A stretch of 64,000 nt of DNA from Woeseiaceae bacterium (GTDB lineage Bacteria; Pseudomonadota; Gammaproteobacteria; Steroidobacterales; Woeseiaceae), in assembly GCA_965658465.1 (NCBI GenBank), contig CBFHSG010000016.1:7985-71984 (forward strand). The letters are read 5' to 3'. The translations under genes were made by a program, and so were the position numbers. Below the pieces are notes generated by a model. That model saw nothing but the letters and a program-made list of their open reading frames with translations, did not search any database and was not told where the DNA came from. Each line of letters begins with the position of its first letter. Positions within the stretch are counted from its first letter, which is position 1. Positions 1 to 9,354 of the stretch are shown here, in pieces.

Positions 1-510
1 CGGAACGTCGCCGTTTGCCAATGCTTTGCCGGCATCACCCAGTATCGCCTCGAACGTATCGCCATGTGCGAACGGGTTGAGATACAGCTGTCTGAAGCTG
101 AAACGCGGATCCAGCCGGTAGTTCTCGGCATTATCGGAGTACCACGCCTCGATTTCCGCCGTGTCCGGCAAAATCTCGACGAGTTCCTCGGAGATAAACT
201 CCATCTTCTGTGCAACACGGCGCCGCAGTAGCGGATCGTTGCGATCCAGCCCCAACGTCAACCCTTCGCGGTAGAGGATCTCTTCGCGCACCCAGTTATC
301 GACGAGACCCTGCAATTCCTCGGGCGTTGGCGGCCGCTGCCAGACCCGTTCGAACTGCAACCTGATCGCGTCGAGCCGCGATGCATCGACGACGATGTCA
401 TCGGGTGACTGCAGCGCCTCATCGTTGTTCCATGCAAAAACCGCGAACAGAGCCGCCCCCAGCACGAAGAAATGCAGCAGCGGTTCCCGGAGTAGTTGTT
501 TCACTTGCAC
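1..510 (-). CDS. PpiC/rotamase-like periplasmic chaperone, N-terminal part (C-terminus runs off the window start)
   Basis: Not in the ORF track (no stop in window). My translation from GTG 508-510 gives VQVKQLLREPLLHFFVLGAALFAVFAWN (membrane anchor), then ...WVREEILYREGLTLGLDRNDPLLRRRVAQKMEF..., a motif I associate with PpiC-type/rotamase_2 proteins. Lies 13 nt downstream of the DUF3604 stop on the same strand. Confidence 0.55.
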   Translation of the reverse strand, partial: MQVKQLLREPLLHFFVLGAALFAVFAWNNDEALQSPDDIVVDASRLDAIRLQFERVWQRPPTPEELQGLVDNWVREEILYREGLTLGLDRNDPLLRRRVAQKMEFISEELVEILPDTAEIEAWYSDNAENYRLDPRFSFRQLYLNPFAHGDTFEAILGDAGKALANGDVP

Positions 511-523
511 AAAAATCTCCCGA

Positions 524-2428
524 TCAGGGTGTGTACCAGATTGGCGAGGAGAAGGCGCGTTCCTGGTGTATCAACGGGACATCCTTGCCTGGTTCGGCAC
601 CGAGGTTCACTTTGTCGTACAGCGTCCAACGGGGTGTTGGTATCTCGAGTACCCGCACGTAGTACACCGCCTTCAATGCCGGGTCGAAGTCCGGGTCCGT
701 GAATACGGCCTTGAGTTCGCCTGTGCCGATCGAATTCGAGTAGGTCGCATCGTCGAGATTCACCGTGTTGCCGACCGCCGGCAGCTTGCCATCCGCGCCC
801 GGTTTGCGGTTGCCCGACCAGGCAAGGTCGTAGATCGTCTCATGCGTTTTACCCTGTGCGTCGACCCAGCCCTTGATGACCTGTACCCGGTCGAGATTCG
901 CGCCGTCCGGATCTTTCATCGCGACCACGAGGAAACTCGGTGCCACGCCGTCGTTCGCGGCGGACAGGCTGCCACCCATTGGAACGCCGCGCGTGTAGCC
1001 GATCCGGGCGATGTCGCCATCGAGGTCAGCGTCAGAAAAATCGAATCCCCCGAAGAAGCGCAGACCGATTCGCGGACCGGTCGTCGCGTAGGTCTCTCGT
1101 CGATACATCGCATCCCAGATGGCCTCGCGCGTGTTCTCGGTGGCCCAGACCGCCATCACGCCGGACGCTGCCTGCTCCCAGCCCCAGTAGGTGTCGGTCG
1201 GGCCTGACAGTAACGGAAAATCCCAGCGCGCCGTGTTGTTCGGCTCGAGCGTCTTGAACTTGCCGAAGAAATTGTCTTCTTCAGTCGTTGACAGGCCGGT
1301 ATGGGTATCGGTCGCAGCATTGGCACCGTATCTGAAGGGGTTCGTGCCGAGTTGGTCCTCGAGCCGCATGCCCTTCTTCAGCGCTTCGCGCCAGTATTCG
1401 TACTGGTAGTCGTCCTCGCCGCCGGGCTTCGGATTGAGAATCAGGTTGCCGCGGTCCCAGAGGTCCCAGGCCGCGAATTCGTCATTCGGCGACAGGTAGG
1501 GGTGCGATTCGCTCTGGCCCTTGATCTGCGTAACCTCGTAGAGCCGCTCGTACTTATTGCGCTGTGCGGCCCACTCGGAGGTCATCGGCGAACCGTCAAA
1601 CCGCTGTTCCTCGAACATGCGGCCGTTGGACATGTTGCCGTTATGCGGGATCGCATGCAGACGGCCGCCCGTGTCCTGCTCGTAACTCGCCATCCATGCC
1701 CAGAGGTCCTCCGGATCCTGGGTCTGGAAGGTGGTCAGCGGCAGTCGCGTGCTGGCCCGGTCGGCTCCGTCCCGATAGATGACGTTGCGATGCAGGTTGT
1801 CGCCGCCATCGGAGTTCACTGTCCATTCATAGGCGATGAATGTTGTGAACTTACCCGGTTCGTTATACTTCTCAGCCGCTTCGATGGTCTTCTCCCAGGC
1901 AGAGACCATCCACTTGGGATCCATGGCCGCCGGCGGCAGCCGTTCCTCGGACTGCATCACGATGAGCTCGCTCTTTGCAGCGGCCGCCTCCTCTTCGGTG
2001 CCCTTCAATGCATCGGCCCAGCGCCGGAGCGTCTCGTCTTCCATCATCTCGGGGTTCTCGGCGATGATCTCGTTGACGACGCCCATGCCGTCGGAATGAT
2101 CGCTGACCAGGAACCAGTCATAAGGGCGGTCGAGCTTCGCATCGATGCCGGTGTTGGACTTTACGGTCTCGCCGCGAGCGAACCGATACGCGTCCTCCGG
2201 CGTGGTGATCGCGCCGTCCATGCCGGCGTCTGCGGACCAGCCAGTATGAACGTGGGTGTCACCCCAGTAGGCCTGTCGCGGAAACTCAGCGGCCGTACCC
2301 ATCTGCACGGGCGTAGCAGTACGCGTGTCCGTGGCCGGCTCGTCAATGGCCGGGGCTGGTTCCGGCTGCTCACGGCCGCAGCCGGCAAGCAGGAACGTGA
2401 AAAGAAGTGCCGCTAGAGTTACTCGCAT
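524..2428 (-). CDS. DUF3604 family protein (PHP-like metal-dependent phosphoesterase fold), predicted lipoprotein
   Basis: ORF 524..2569. The internal ATG at 2426-2428 gives MRVTLAALLFTFLLAGC (lipobox). Motifs YWGDTHVHTGWSADAG and VSDHSDGMG. C-terminus HQERAFSSPIWYTP. Clear paralog of 12223..14157. Confidence 0.8.
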   Translation of the reverse strand: MRVTLAALLFTFLLAGCGREQPEPAPAIDEPATDTRTATPVQMGTAAEFPRQAYWGDTHVHTGWSADAGMDGAITTPEDAYRFARGETVKSNTGIDAKLDRPYDWFLVSDHSDGMGVVNEIIAENPEMMEDETLRRWADALKGTEEEAAAAKSELIVMQSEERLPPAAMDPKWMVSAWEKTIEAAEKYNEPGKFTTFIAYEWTVNSDGGDNLHRNVIYRDGADRASTRLPLTTFQTQDPEDLWAWMASYEQDTGGRLHAIPHNGNMSNGRMFEEQRFDGSPMTSEWAAQRNKYERLYEVTQIKGQSESHPYLSPNDEFAAWDLWDRGNLILNPKPGGEDDYQYEYWREALKKGMRLEDQLGTNPFRYGANAATDTHTGLSTTEEDNFFGKFKTLEPNNTARWDFPLLSGPTDTYWGWEQAASGVMAVWATENTREAIWDAMYRRETYATTGPRIGLRFFGGFDFSDADLDGDIARIGYTRGVPMGGSLSAANDGVAPSFLVVAMKDPDGANLDRVQVIKGWVDAQGKTHETIYDLAWSGNRKPGADGKLPAVGNTVNLDDATYSNSIGTGELKAVFTDPDFDPALKAVYYVRVLEIPTPRWTLYDKVNLGAEPGKDVPLIHQERAFSSPIWYTP

Positions 2429-2474
2429 GGTTTCGCTCCGGAGTTCTGTCGTTTCTTGTGTAAATACAGCCCTG

Positions 2475-2593
2475 CGGCGTATACCCGATGGGCGAAGTAT
2501 ACGCACGCTCCTGGATGCTCGCAGCGAGATTGGCCGTCCGGCTATGATTCGGGGGACAGTGACCCCCACTTTCTGAAACCCGGGTAGCCGGGG
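2475..2593 (-). pseudogene. Decayed 3'-terminal relic of a DUF3604 gene
   Basis: One frame reads [16 protein letters not shown] (2519->2472); intact copies end [14 protein letters not shown]-stop and HQERAFSSPIWYTP-stop. A second frame upstream reads PRLPGFQKVGVTVP, compared with TPRWTLYDKVNLGAEP in the intact copy. The relic is 119 nt against 108 nt in the intact genes, which implies frameshifting indels. Confidence 0.6.
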
Positions 2594-2613
2594 TCACCGC
2601 GCCCGGTGTCCGA

Positions 2614-3489
2614 TCAGGGTTCGTAAAGCGAGCGGAACACGAACTTGATGCCCCGCAGCTCACCCGACGGGCTGATGTCGTAGGCAAGACCGAGGCGGTC
2701 GAATTTCAGAAAACCTAGTTGCAGGGGCTCGTCTTTATTGCCGAACGCAACACCGGCCTGCCAGTAGTTCGCAATCTCGACCGTCTGGCCGAGGTCGCCT
2801 TGTACTTCAACGCGGTTCAGAAAATCGGTGTACAGCACATGCCAGTAAAGAAGCGTCTGGCGCTCGGCTGAGCTGAACCAGCGCACCGGGTAGGCGAATT
2901 CGGCACCGAGCGTGGCGTACGTGAAACTGTCGTCGGTGCCCGGGCTGGCGTCGTAGCCGAGGAAACCGGTGGCGCCAATGAGCGCCCAGTCGAGCTGTCC
3001 GCCGTCGAACGTATAGCGAGCCCGAACGTCGGCGCGGTAAGTCCAGGCGTGGTCATTCTCGCCGATGACGGTGCCGTAGCTCAGCTGAACATTGGGGCGA
3101 ATGGAAAACCTGGCACTGAGCGGGACGTCAAGGTCTGCACGAAGGCCCGTGCTGAGCGTTGAAAAATTCTCGGGATCCAGAATGCCGGGAACATCCTCGA
3201 GATCCAGCCGGGCAACGCCTACCGTGATCGGTACCCGAATCGTGTATATGGCTTCACGGTCGGCTTTATTCAGCGACTCGATATCGCCGGAGGCCCAGCG
3301 CGGCGCAAGACTCGCGATGAAGGCGCTTTGCTGGTCGCCGATCCGGTACCAGCCGGTGCCGAAATACGATGCGTACGCCCAGTGCACGGAGGGTTCCGGC
3401 ATCTGCTGGGATAACGCGAAGTTCGCATGGAACAATGCCATGCTCAGGATCGCGCAGGCCTGCCAGCGCCGGGCTCCGTTCCGAGACAT
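2614..3489 (-). CDS. Secreted protein of unknown function, outer-membrane beta-barrel-like
   Basis: ORF 291 aa. N-terminal signal peptide (ACAILSMALFHANFALSQQ). Repeated short amphipathic strands rich in Y/W/G/D (YASYFGTGWYRIGD, WTYRADVRARYTF, GLAYDISPSG). Immediately upstream of DUF3604 copy 1. Confidence 0.6.
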   Translation of the reverse strand: MSRNGARRWQACAILSMALFHANFALSQQMPEPSVHWAYASYFGTGWYRIGDQQSAFIASLAPRWASGDIESLNKADREAIYTIRVPITVGVARLDLEDVPGILDPENFSTLSTGLRADLDVPLSARFSIRPNVQLSYGTVIGENDHAWTYRADVRARYTFDGGQLDWALIGATGFLGYDASPGTDDSFTYATLGAEFAYPVRWFSSAERQTLLYWHVLYTDFLNRVEVQGDLGQTVEIANYWQAGVAFGNKDEPLQLGFLKFDRLGLAYDISPSGELRGIKFVFRSLYEP

Positions 3490-3562
3490 AACATAACGTT
3501 AGCATCAAATACCGCCAGTGAGGCCATGGAAAGCCGGTTAAGGTCACTGTCCCCCTAATTGC

Positions 3563-4837
3563 CTAATCGGAGGCGGCGAGCGCCTGGTCGAGGTCGGCGA
3601 TGATGTCGTCGATGTGCTCGATGCCGATGCACAGCCGGATCATGTCCGGCGTGACCCCTGCTGTTTTCAGCTCGTCTTCAGACAGCTGCCTGTGTGTTGT
3701 CGATGCCGGGTGAGCCGCGAGTGACTTGGTATCGCCGATATTTACCAGGCGCAGGAACAGGTTCAGCGCGTCGTAGAACTTCACGCCCGCCTCGAAGCCG
3801 CCCTTGATGCCGAAGGTCATCAGCGCCGACGGTTTGCCGTCCGTGTACTTCTTGGCCAGGTCGTAGTACGGCGAATCCGGCAGGCCCGCGAAATTCACCC
3901 ACTCGACGCGTGGATGCTCCTTGAGGTACCTGGCGACGGCGATGGCGTTGTCACAGTGTCGCTCCATACGCAGCGGCAACGTCTGCATGCCCTGCAGGAT
4001 CAGGAATGCATTCATCGGGCTGATCGCCGAGCCGGTGTTCCGTAGCGCCACCGTCCGAACACGGCCGATGTAGGCCGCCGCGCCCAGGGCCTCCGTGTAG
4101 ACGACGCCGTGGTAGGACTCCTCCGGCTCGTTCAGCATGTGGAATTTTTCCGGGTGCTTCGCCCACGGAAACTCGCCCGCGTCGACGATGACGCCGCCAA
4201 GCGAGTTACCGTGACCGCCCATGTACTTGGTCAGCGAGTTGACCACGATGTGCGCACCCCAGGCGATCGGCTTGATCAGCGCGGGCGTCGCGACGGTGTT
4301 GTCGACGATCAGCGGCACGCCATGAGCTTCCGCCATGTCGGCCAGCGCTTCGAGATCGACGATATTGCCCGCCGGGTTGCCGATCGACTCGCAGAAGACC
4401 GCAGCGGTCTTGTCATCGATGTGCTTCGCCATGGCGTCCGGGCTGTCGTCCTCGGCAAAGCGCACGTCGATGCCCTGCCGCGGCAGCATGTGTTTGAACA
4501 GCGTGTAGGTACCTCCATACAGGAGCGGCACGGTCACTATATTGCTGCCCTGCTCCGCGATGTTCAGGACCGAATAGTTCACCGCCGCGCTTCCGGCGCT
4601 GAGGGCGAGACCGGCGATGCCCTCCTCCAGCGCCGCGCAGCGTTCTTCGAGCACGGCGGTCGTCGGGTTCATGATCCGGGTGTAGATATTGCCCTCGACC
4701 TCGAGGTTGAACAGGTCGGCGCCGTGCTGCGCGCTGTCGAATTCGTAGGCGACCGTCTGGTAAATGGGCACGGATACGGACTTCGTTGCGCTATCGGATT
4801 TGAAGCCGGCGTGGATGGCGAGGGTCTGGTCTTTCAT
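3563..4837 (-). CDS. metY: O-acetylhomoserine aminocarboxypropyltransferase / sulfhydrylase (PLP-dependent, Cys/Met metabolism family)
   Basis: 424 aa. MKDQTLAIHAGF...PIYQTVAYEF...NPTT and PLP-lysine motif SLTKYMGGHGNSLGG. The start overlaps the metA stop by 4 nt. Confidence 0.85.
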   Translation of the reverse strand: MKDQTLAIHAGFKSDSATKSVSVPIYQTVAYEFDSAQHGADLFNLEVEGNIYTRIMNPTTAVLEERCAALEEGIAGLALSAGSAAVNYSVLNIAEQGSNIVTVPLLYGGTYTLFKHMLPRQGIDVRFAEDDSPDAMAKHIDDKTAAVFCESIGNPAGNIVDLEALADMAEAHGVPLIVDNTVATPALIKPIAWGAHIVVNSLTKYMGGHGNSLGGVIVDAGEFPWAKHPEKFHMLNEPEESYHGVVYTEALGAAAYIGRVRTVALRNTGSAISPMNAFLILQGMQTLPLRMERHCDNAIAVARYLKEHPRVEWVNFAGLPDSPYYDLAKKYTDGKPSALMTFGIKGGFEAGVKFYDALNLFLRLVNIGDTKSLAAHPASTTHRQLSEDELKTAGVTPDMIRLCIGIEHIDDIIADLDQALAASD

Positions 4838-5910
4838 GTCTTCTCCTTCAGGCTCAACGGGTCGTCGGGATCGACGCCGGGCATGAACTGCTTCTTGCGA
4901 TCGAGGTTGGTCACGCCGTAGACGAGACCGAGCCAGTTGTTGACGATGGCCTTGGCCGTGTCGCCCCAGGTGTTGTCCAGCAGGCCCGCGACGTCGGCTT
5001 CCAGCGTCTCTTCGTACGGGTCGCCAGTCTCACGCGCACGCTTCGCCGCCTCGAGGGCGTCGAGCGCCAAACGCACCGCATTGCCGGTAAAGTAATTCTC
5101 GGGCAACGGCGGCGGCGTTTCGCGTTCACGATTTGCATATCGATATAACTCGCGGCGGTATTCCTTCAGCAGGCTGTTGGCATCGTACTCGGGATGGCCC
5201 TGCATGTAGATGATGCGGAACTGGTCCGGGCTTGCCGCCATGTGCACACCGCCTTCGGGACTCTCCGCGAGAACCACCAGCTCCGCCGCCTCGAGCTGCG
5301 CCCGCGAGATATCGTTGTGCCGGGAATGGGGCACATCGAAGCGCGTGTTGATATCACGCAGCAGCGGATGGCCGGTTGCGCTCACGCGATGGCTGTAGAC
5401 GCCCCACCGCTTTTGCGGCAAGGGCTGCCGGTCGATACCGTGGAAGTGTTTCAGGAGCGCATGGGTCGCCAGGCAGGAGCACAGGATCGACGAGACGTTA
5501 TCCCTCGCCCACTCGACCACCTCGATGAGCGGCTCCCAGAATGCCTCTTCTTCGAGCTTCGGGTTCGCAACGTTCGCGCCCGTAATGATGAGTGCGTCGA
5601 GGCCCGCCTCGCGAAGAGCATCGAAGTCCGCGTAGTAGCGCTCGATATACTCGATCGTCTGCGCATCGCGCGAGAGTGACGGCAGCGAGAACGGGTAAAC
5701 GAAGAACTGGGCGATGCGATTGCAGCTGCCGACGAGACGGATGAACTGGCGTTCCGTCGCCCGCAGGGCTGCATCCGGCATCATGTTCAGGAAGCCAATG
5801 TGCAGTTCGCGGATATCCTGGTGCACGGCACGGTCCAGCGACAGGACTTCGTGTCCCTGTTCGCGCAACTGGCCGAAAGTCGGCAGCTTGGAGTGAGCGA
5901 CGAGTGGCAT
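4834..5910 (-). CDS. metA: Homoserine O-acyltransferase, MetA family (acetyl vs succinyl not decidable from sequence)
   Basis: ORF 4834..6015. The internal ATG at 5908-5910 gives MPLVAHSKLPTFGQLREQGHEVL...IRELHIGFLNMMP, a typical MetA N-terminus. Coupled to metY. Confidence 0.85.
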   Translation of the reverse strand: MPLVAHSKLPTFGQLREQGHEVLSLDRAVHQDIRELHIGFLNMMPDAALRATERQFIRLVGSCNRIAQFFVYPFSLPSLSRDAQTIEYIERYYADFDALREAGLDALIITGANVANPKLEEEAFWEPLIEVVEWARDNVSSILCSCLATHALLKHFHGIDRQPLPQKRWGVYSHRVSATGHPLLRDINTRFDVPHSRHNDISRAQLEAAELVVLAESPEGGVHMAASPDQFRIIYMQGHPEYDANSLLKEYRRELYRYANRERETPPPLPENYFTGNAVRLALDALEAAKRARETGDPYEETLEADVAGLLDNTWGDTAKAIVNNWLGLVYGVTNLDRKKQFMPGVDPDDPLSLKEKT

Positions 5911-5969
5911 GTGGCCGAGTTTAACGTCTTGTTCGGAGTTCAGTGAACTCCTTTGCGGGGGCGTGGACG

Positions 5970-7805
5970 TCAGAGCCCGTACAGGATCGGCAGGACAATC
6001 GAGAAACCTATCCACAGGAGCAGAATGAGCGGAATGCCGACCCTGAGAAAGTCCGCGAAATTGTAACCGCCCGTACTCAGGATCAGCAGGTTCGTCTGGT
6101 AGCCGAACGGCGTGGCGAAACTCATGTTTGCGCCGAACAACACAGCGAGGACAAACGGCATCGGATCTGCATTCAGTTGCTGGGCGATCGCAATGGCAAT
6201 CGGTGTGCCGATAACTGCTGCGGCATTATTGGACACGATATTGGTCAGGACCGCCACGATCAGTATGAACACACTCAGCACTGCAGCCGTCGGCAGCATA
6301 CCCGCGGCCGACACGAAGCCGGCAGCAAGGTATTCGGCCATGCCGGTTGCCACGAGCGCCTTACCCATGGCCAGGCTCGCCACGATCAACATGATGATGG
6401 CAACCGGCAGCGACCGCCCGACGTCGCGCCAGGACAGGCACCCGAGCGCAATCATCAAACCGACGCCGATAAGGGCGGAAACTGAGATCGGCAACGCCCC
6501 CACAGCAGCGCTGCCGACGACCAGCGCCAGGATGAGAAGTGCCCGTTTCGCCCGGTGTGCCCGCGGAAGCTCTGTTGTGCCATCGACAACGAGTACCTTG
6601 TTATCGCCTTTGGCAGCATCGATTGCTGCGCGCGTTCCCTGCACGAGGATGACGTCACCCGCGCGCAGACGGAGCGTGGCCAGCTCTGCCGCTTCCCATT
6701 GTCCCGGTATCCGCGCCCGGTGAATCGCGAGTGGCGTGAGCCCGAAAGACGCGTCGAGCGAAACGTCTGTAAGCGTGCGCAAATACAATGGCGAGTCGCG
6801 GGTCACGACTATCTCGGCAATCCGCGGCGGGCCCTTGCTGCGCCACTTCGCCGAGTCGATCGATTCGCGCCCGCCTGCAACGATTTCGAGCGAGGCCCCT
6901 ATCAACGCCTCGAAGCGCTTCAGGTTTTCCGCCGTATCCACGACGCGTAACTGGTCACCCGGCTGCAGCGTCACCGATGGCAGCCTGGCCACGATCGATG
7001 CATCACCCCGCCGAATCTGTTCCACGCGCATTTCGCGATCGGTCTTTTCAAGCACGTCACAAAGCGTCCTGCCCGCGGCAAAACCGCCTTCTTCAATCGT
7101 AAGCTGGGCATCAAAGACGCGTTGCCGCGTGCCGGTCATCGGTATCGCGCGGTTCGGCAACAACCGCGGCACGACCAGCCATACAAACAGGATCCCGACA
7201 CTCCCCACGAGTACGGCCGGAAGTGTGACGTCGAACATGGCGATATCCGCCACCCCCAGATCCCGCGTAATTCCCACGACAAGGAGGTTGGTCGAAGTGC
7301 CGATCGTCGTGGACATGCCGCCCATGATGGTCGCGAGCCCCATCGGCAGCATGAATCCCGAGGCTGCCAGCTTGGTGCGCATGGCAATACCGACGAGAAT
7401 CGGAATCATCAATACCACGATCGGCGTGTCGTTGATGAAGGCGCTCAGCACGTACACGGCGACCAACATCATCAGCAGTGCCGCCTTCGGGCGCTTCGCC
7501 CACTGCCTCCCTGCGAGCCGTGCCACGGGCTGCAGTGCGCCTGTGGATTCGAGCGCTTTACCGATGATTATGAGCGAACAGATCGCGATCAGCGCTTCGT
7601 TGCCGAAGCCGAGAAGAAATTCCGCAGGATCGAGCAGCTCACCGTCAACTTCATAGGGAAACAGGTGGAAGCCGGCTATCAATACGATGATGACGGCAAG
7701 GCTCGACGATTCCAGCGGCAACCTCTCGCGCGTAAAGAGAAATAGCGCCGTAACAATCAGAATGACGACGGCGATCCCGTGAGCATCCGGTGAAATTGAC
7801 TGCAT
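5970..7805 (-). CDS. SLC13/DASS-type anion permease with two central TrkA-C domains
   Basis: ORF 5970..7895, ATG at 7803-7805 (MQSISPDAHGIAVVILIV...). Many TM segments flank two soluble repeats (…GRTLCDVLEKT…LQPGDQLRVV… and …LRTLTDVSL…LRAGDVILVQG…). Confidence 0.75.
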   Translation of the reverse strand: MQSISPDAHGIAVVILIVTALFLFTRERLPLESSSLAVIIVLIAGFHLFPYEVDGELLDPAEFLLGFGNEALIAICSLIIIGKALESTGALQPVARLAGRQWAKRPKAALLMMLVAVYVLSAFINDTPIVVLMIPILVGIAMRTKLAASGFMLPMGLATIMGGMSTTIGTSTNLLVVGITRDLGVADIAMFDVTLPAVLVGSVGILFVWLVVPRLLPNRAIPMTGTRQRVFDAQLTIEEGGFAAGRTLCDVLEKTDREMRVEQIRRGDASIVARLPSVTLQPGDQLRVVDTAENLKRFEALIGASLEIVAGGRESIDSAKWRSKGPPRIAEIVVTRDSPLYLRTLTDVSLDASFGLTPLAIHRARIPGQWEAAELATLRLRAGDVILVQGTRAAIDAAKGDNKVLVVDGTTELPRAHRAKRALLILALVVGSAAVGALPISVSALIGVGLMIALGCLSWRDVGRSLPVAIIMLIVASLAMGKALVATGMAEYLAAGFVSAAGMLPTAAVLSVFILIVAVLTNIVSNNAAAVIGTPIAIAIAQQLNADPMPFVLAVLFGANMSFATPFGYQTNLLILSTGGYNFADFLRVGIPLILLLWIGFSIVLPILYGL

Positions 7806-8050
7806 GGCCGCTCCGCCGGGGCCGGCGTATCCGCCGCTCTCCACCCGCCAGCTTGCGGATGACGCAAGGCCCCGATGACCCACTAGCGTGTTCAATAGTT
7901 ACATAGGCGGAGAAACCGGGCAAAGGATTCCGGTCTTGATATCGCCGTCGCAGCGGGGACAAGACCGTCCGGTATCCGCTCTCAGAGCCGGCTGTGACCT
8001 GCGCGGCTTCTGCCTGCTGCTTCGTGTCGCGTTGCAGTGCAGCGCCGGCG

Positions 8051-8070
8051 CGGGTGCTTGCAAGCACCCG
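8051..8070. promoter_or_regulatory. Perfect 20-bp palindrome in the divergent SLC13 / CNNM intergenic region
   Basis: CGGGTGCTTGCAAGCACCCG is its own reverse complement. It lies 42 nt upstream of ATG 8112. Confidence 0.3.
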
Positions 8071-8111
8071 GAGCCCGGCAGACAATGATTCGCCTCACTC
8101 ATGGAGGCATC

Positions 8112-9350
8112 ATGCTGATATTTCTGAGCGCCGTCGGCGTCGTTCTCGTCGTTTCTTTTCTATGTTCGATTTTCGAATCCGTATTGCTGTCGCTGACCCG
8201 ACCGCAGATCGAGGTTCTCGGTCGCAGCCATGAGCGAGCCGCCCGGCTGCTTGCAGGATTCAAAGAGAACATGGACGTGCCGATTGCGGCGATCCTGATA
8301 CTCAACACGGCCGCGCACACGATTGGCGCAGCGGTCGCCGGGGCGAGCTATTCCAATGTCTTTGATCCCGCCACGCTATGGATATTCTCGATCATCTTTA
8401 CGCTTGCCGTTCTGCTGCTGACCGAGATCATCCCGAAGACGCTGGGCGTGAGCTACGCGACCGTGATCGCTGCGCCCGTTGCCCTCGGCATCCAGTTGTT
8501 GACTGTCGTTCTGCGGCCGATGGTCGCCGTCAGCGAAGCCATCTCCCGGTCGCTGCGCCGCGGCGTCGTCGTGCCGGTGACGTCAGCGGAGGAAATCCGG
8601 CTGCTCGCCTGGCTTGGCCAGCTGCGAGGCGCGGTCGGTCCGCTGACGGCCGGGATGGTCGTTGGCGCAACGCAACTCCGGCACCTGCATGCGGACGACA
8701 TCATGCTGCCGCGCGAAAACGTGCGTTTCCTGTCGGCGGACATGAGCCGGGACGAGGCGCTGGCTTACGTCCGCGAATCCGGCCACAGCCGGTTTCCGTT
8801 TACGCCGACCGGCGATTTCGATGACGTCTCCGGCGTGGTTCTGGCGAAAGACCTGCTCTACTGGCTGCTGCAGAACGACGCGCCCCAAATAGACTGGGAT
8901 GCGGTTCGGCAGGACGCGCTGGTCGTCCCGAATAGCGTTCCGTTACCGCAGCTTCTCAAGACCTACCAGGAGACGCAACGGCACCTTGCGGTTGTTGTCG
9001 ACGAGTACGGCAGTGTAGAAGGCATCGTCACGCTCGAGGACGTCCTTGAGGAGATCGTCGGCGAGATCCGCGACGAAAGTGACCTGCCGGTCGAGGAATT
9101 TCAGGACAGGACGGACGGCACGCTGATCGTTCGCGGCAACGTCGACATGCGCAAGCTGTGCGCGAGGCTGGGGATCACCTGGGACCCCGAGCTGGAGGTC
9201 TCGACGATCAGCGGACTGGTTACGGAAATCCTCGAACGCATCCCCGTCGTCGGCGACGACGTCGACTGGAACGGCTATCGCATCGAGGTACTCAGGGCCG
9301 ACCGGCGGCGAGCACGGCTGCTCTCGATTCGTCAGGAGAAAAAAGAGTAG
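8112..9350 (+). CDS. HlyC/CorC (CNNM) family transporter: DUF21 TM domain + CBS pair + CorC_HlyC domain
   Basis: ORF 8037..9350. ATG 8112 is preceded by GGAGG. MLIFLSAVGVVLVVSFLCSIFESVLLSL, and a C-terminal domain ...GTLIVRGNVDMRKL...GYRIEVLRADRRRARLLSI. Confidence 0.8.
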   Translation: MLIFLSAVGVVLVVSFLCSIFESVLLSLTRPQIEVLGRSHERAARLLAGFKENMDVPIAAILILNTAAHTIGAAVAGASYSNVFDPATLWIFSIIFTLAVLLLTEIIPKTLGVSYATVIAAPVALGIQLLTVVLRPMVAVSEAISRSLRRGVVVPVTSAEEIRLLAWLGQLRGAVGPLTAGMVVGATQLRHLHADDIMLPRENVRFLSADMSRDEALAYVRESGHSRFPFTPTGDFDDVSGVVLAKDLLYWLLQNDAPQIDWDAVRQDALVVPNSVPLPQLLKTYQETQRHLAVVVDEYGSVEGIVTLEDVLEEIVGEIRDESDLPVEEFQDRTDGTLIVRGNVDMRKLCARLGITWDPELEVSTISGLVTEILERIPVVGDDVDWNGYRIEVLRADRRRARLLSIRQEKKE

Positions 9351-9354
9351 GGGT

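Noticed and set aside
5911-5969. Possible SAM/Met riboswitch or leader upstream of metA
   Set aside because: The spacer is only 59 nt, too short for known SAM riboswitch classes, and no conserved riboswitch core motifs are visible.
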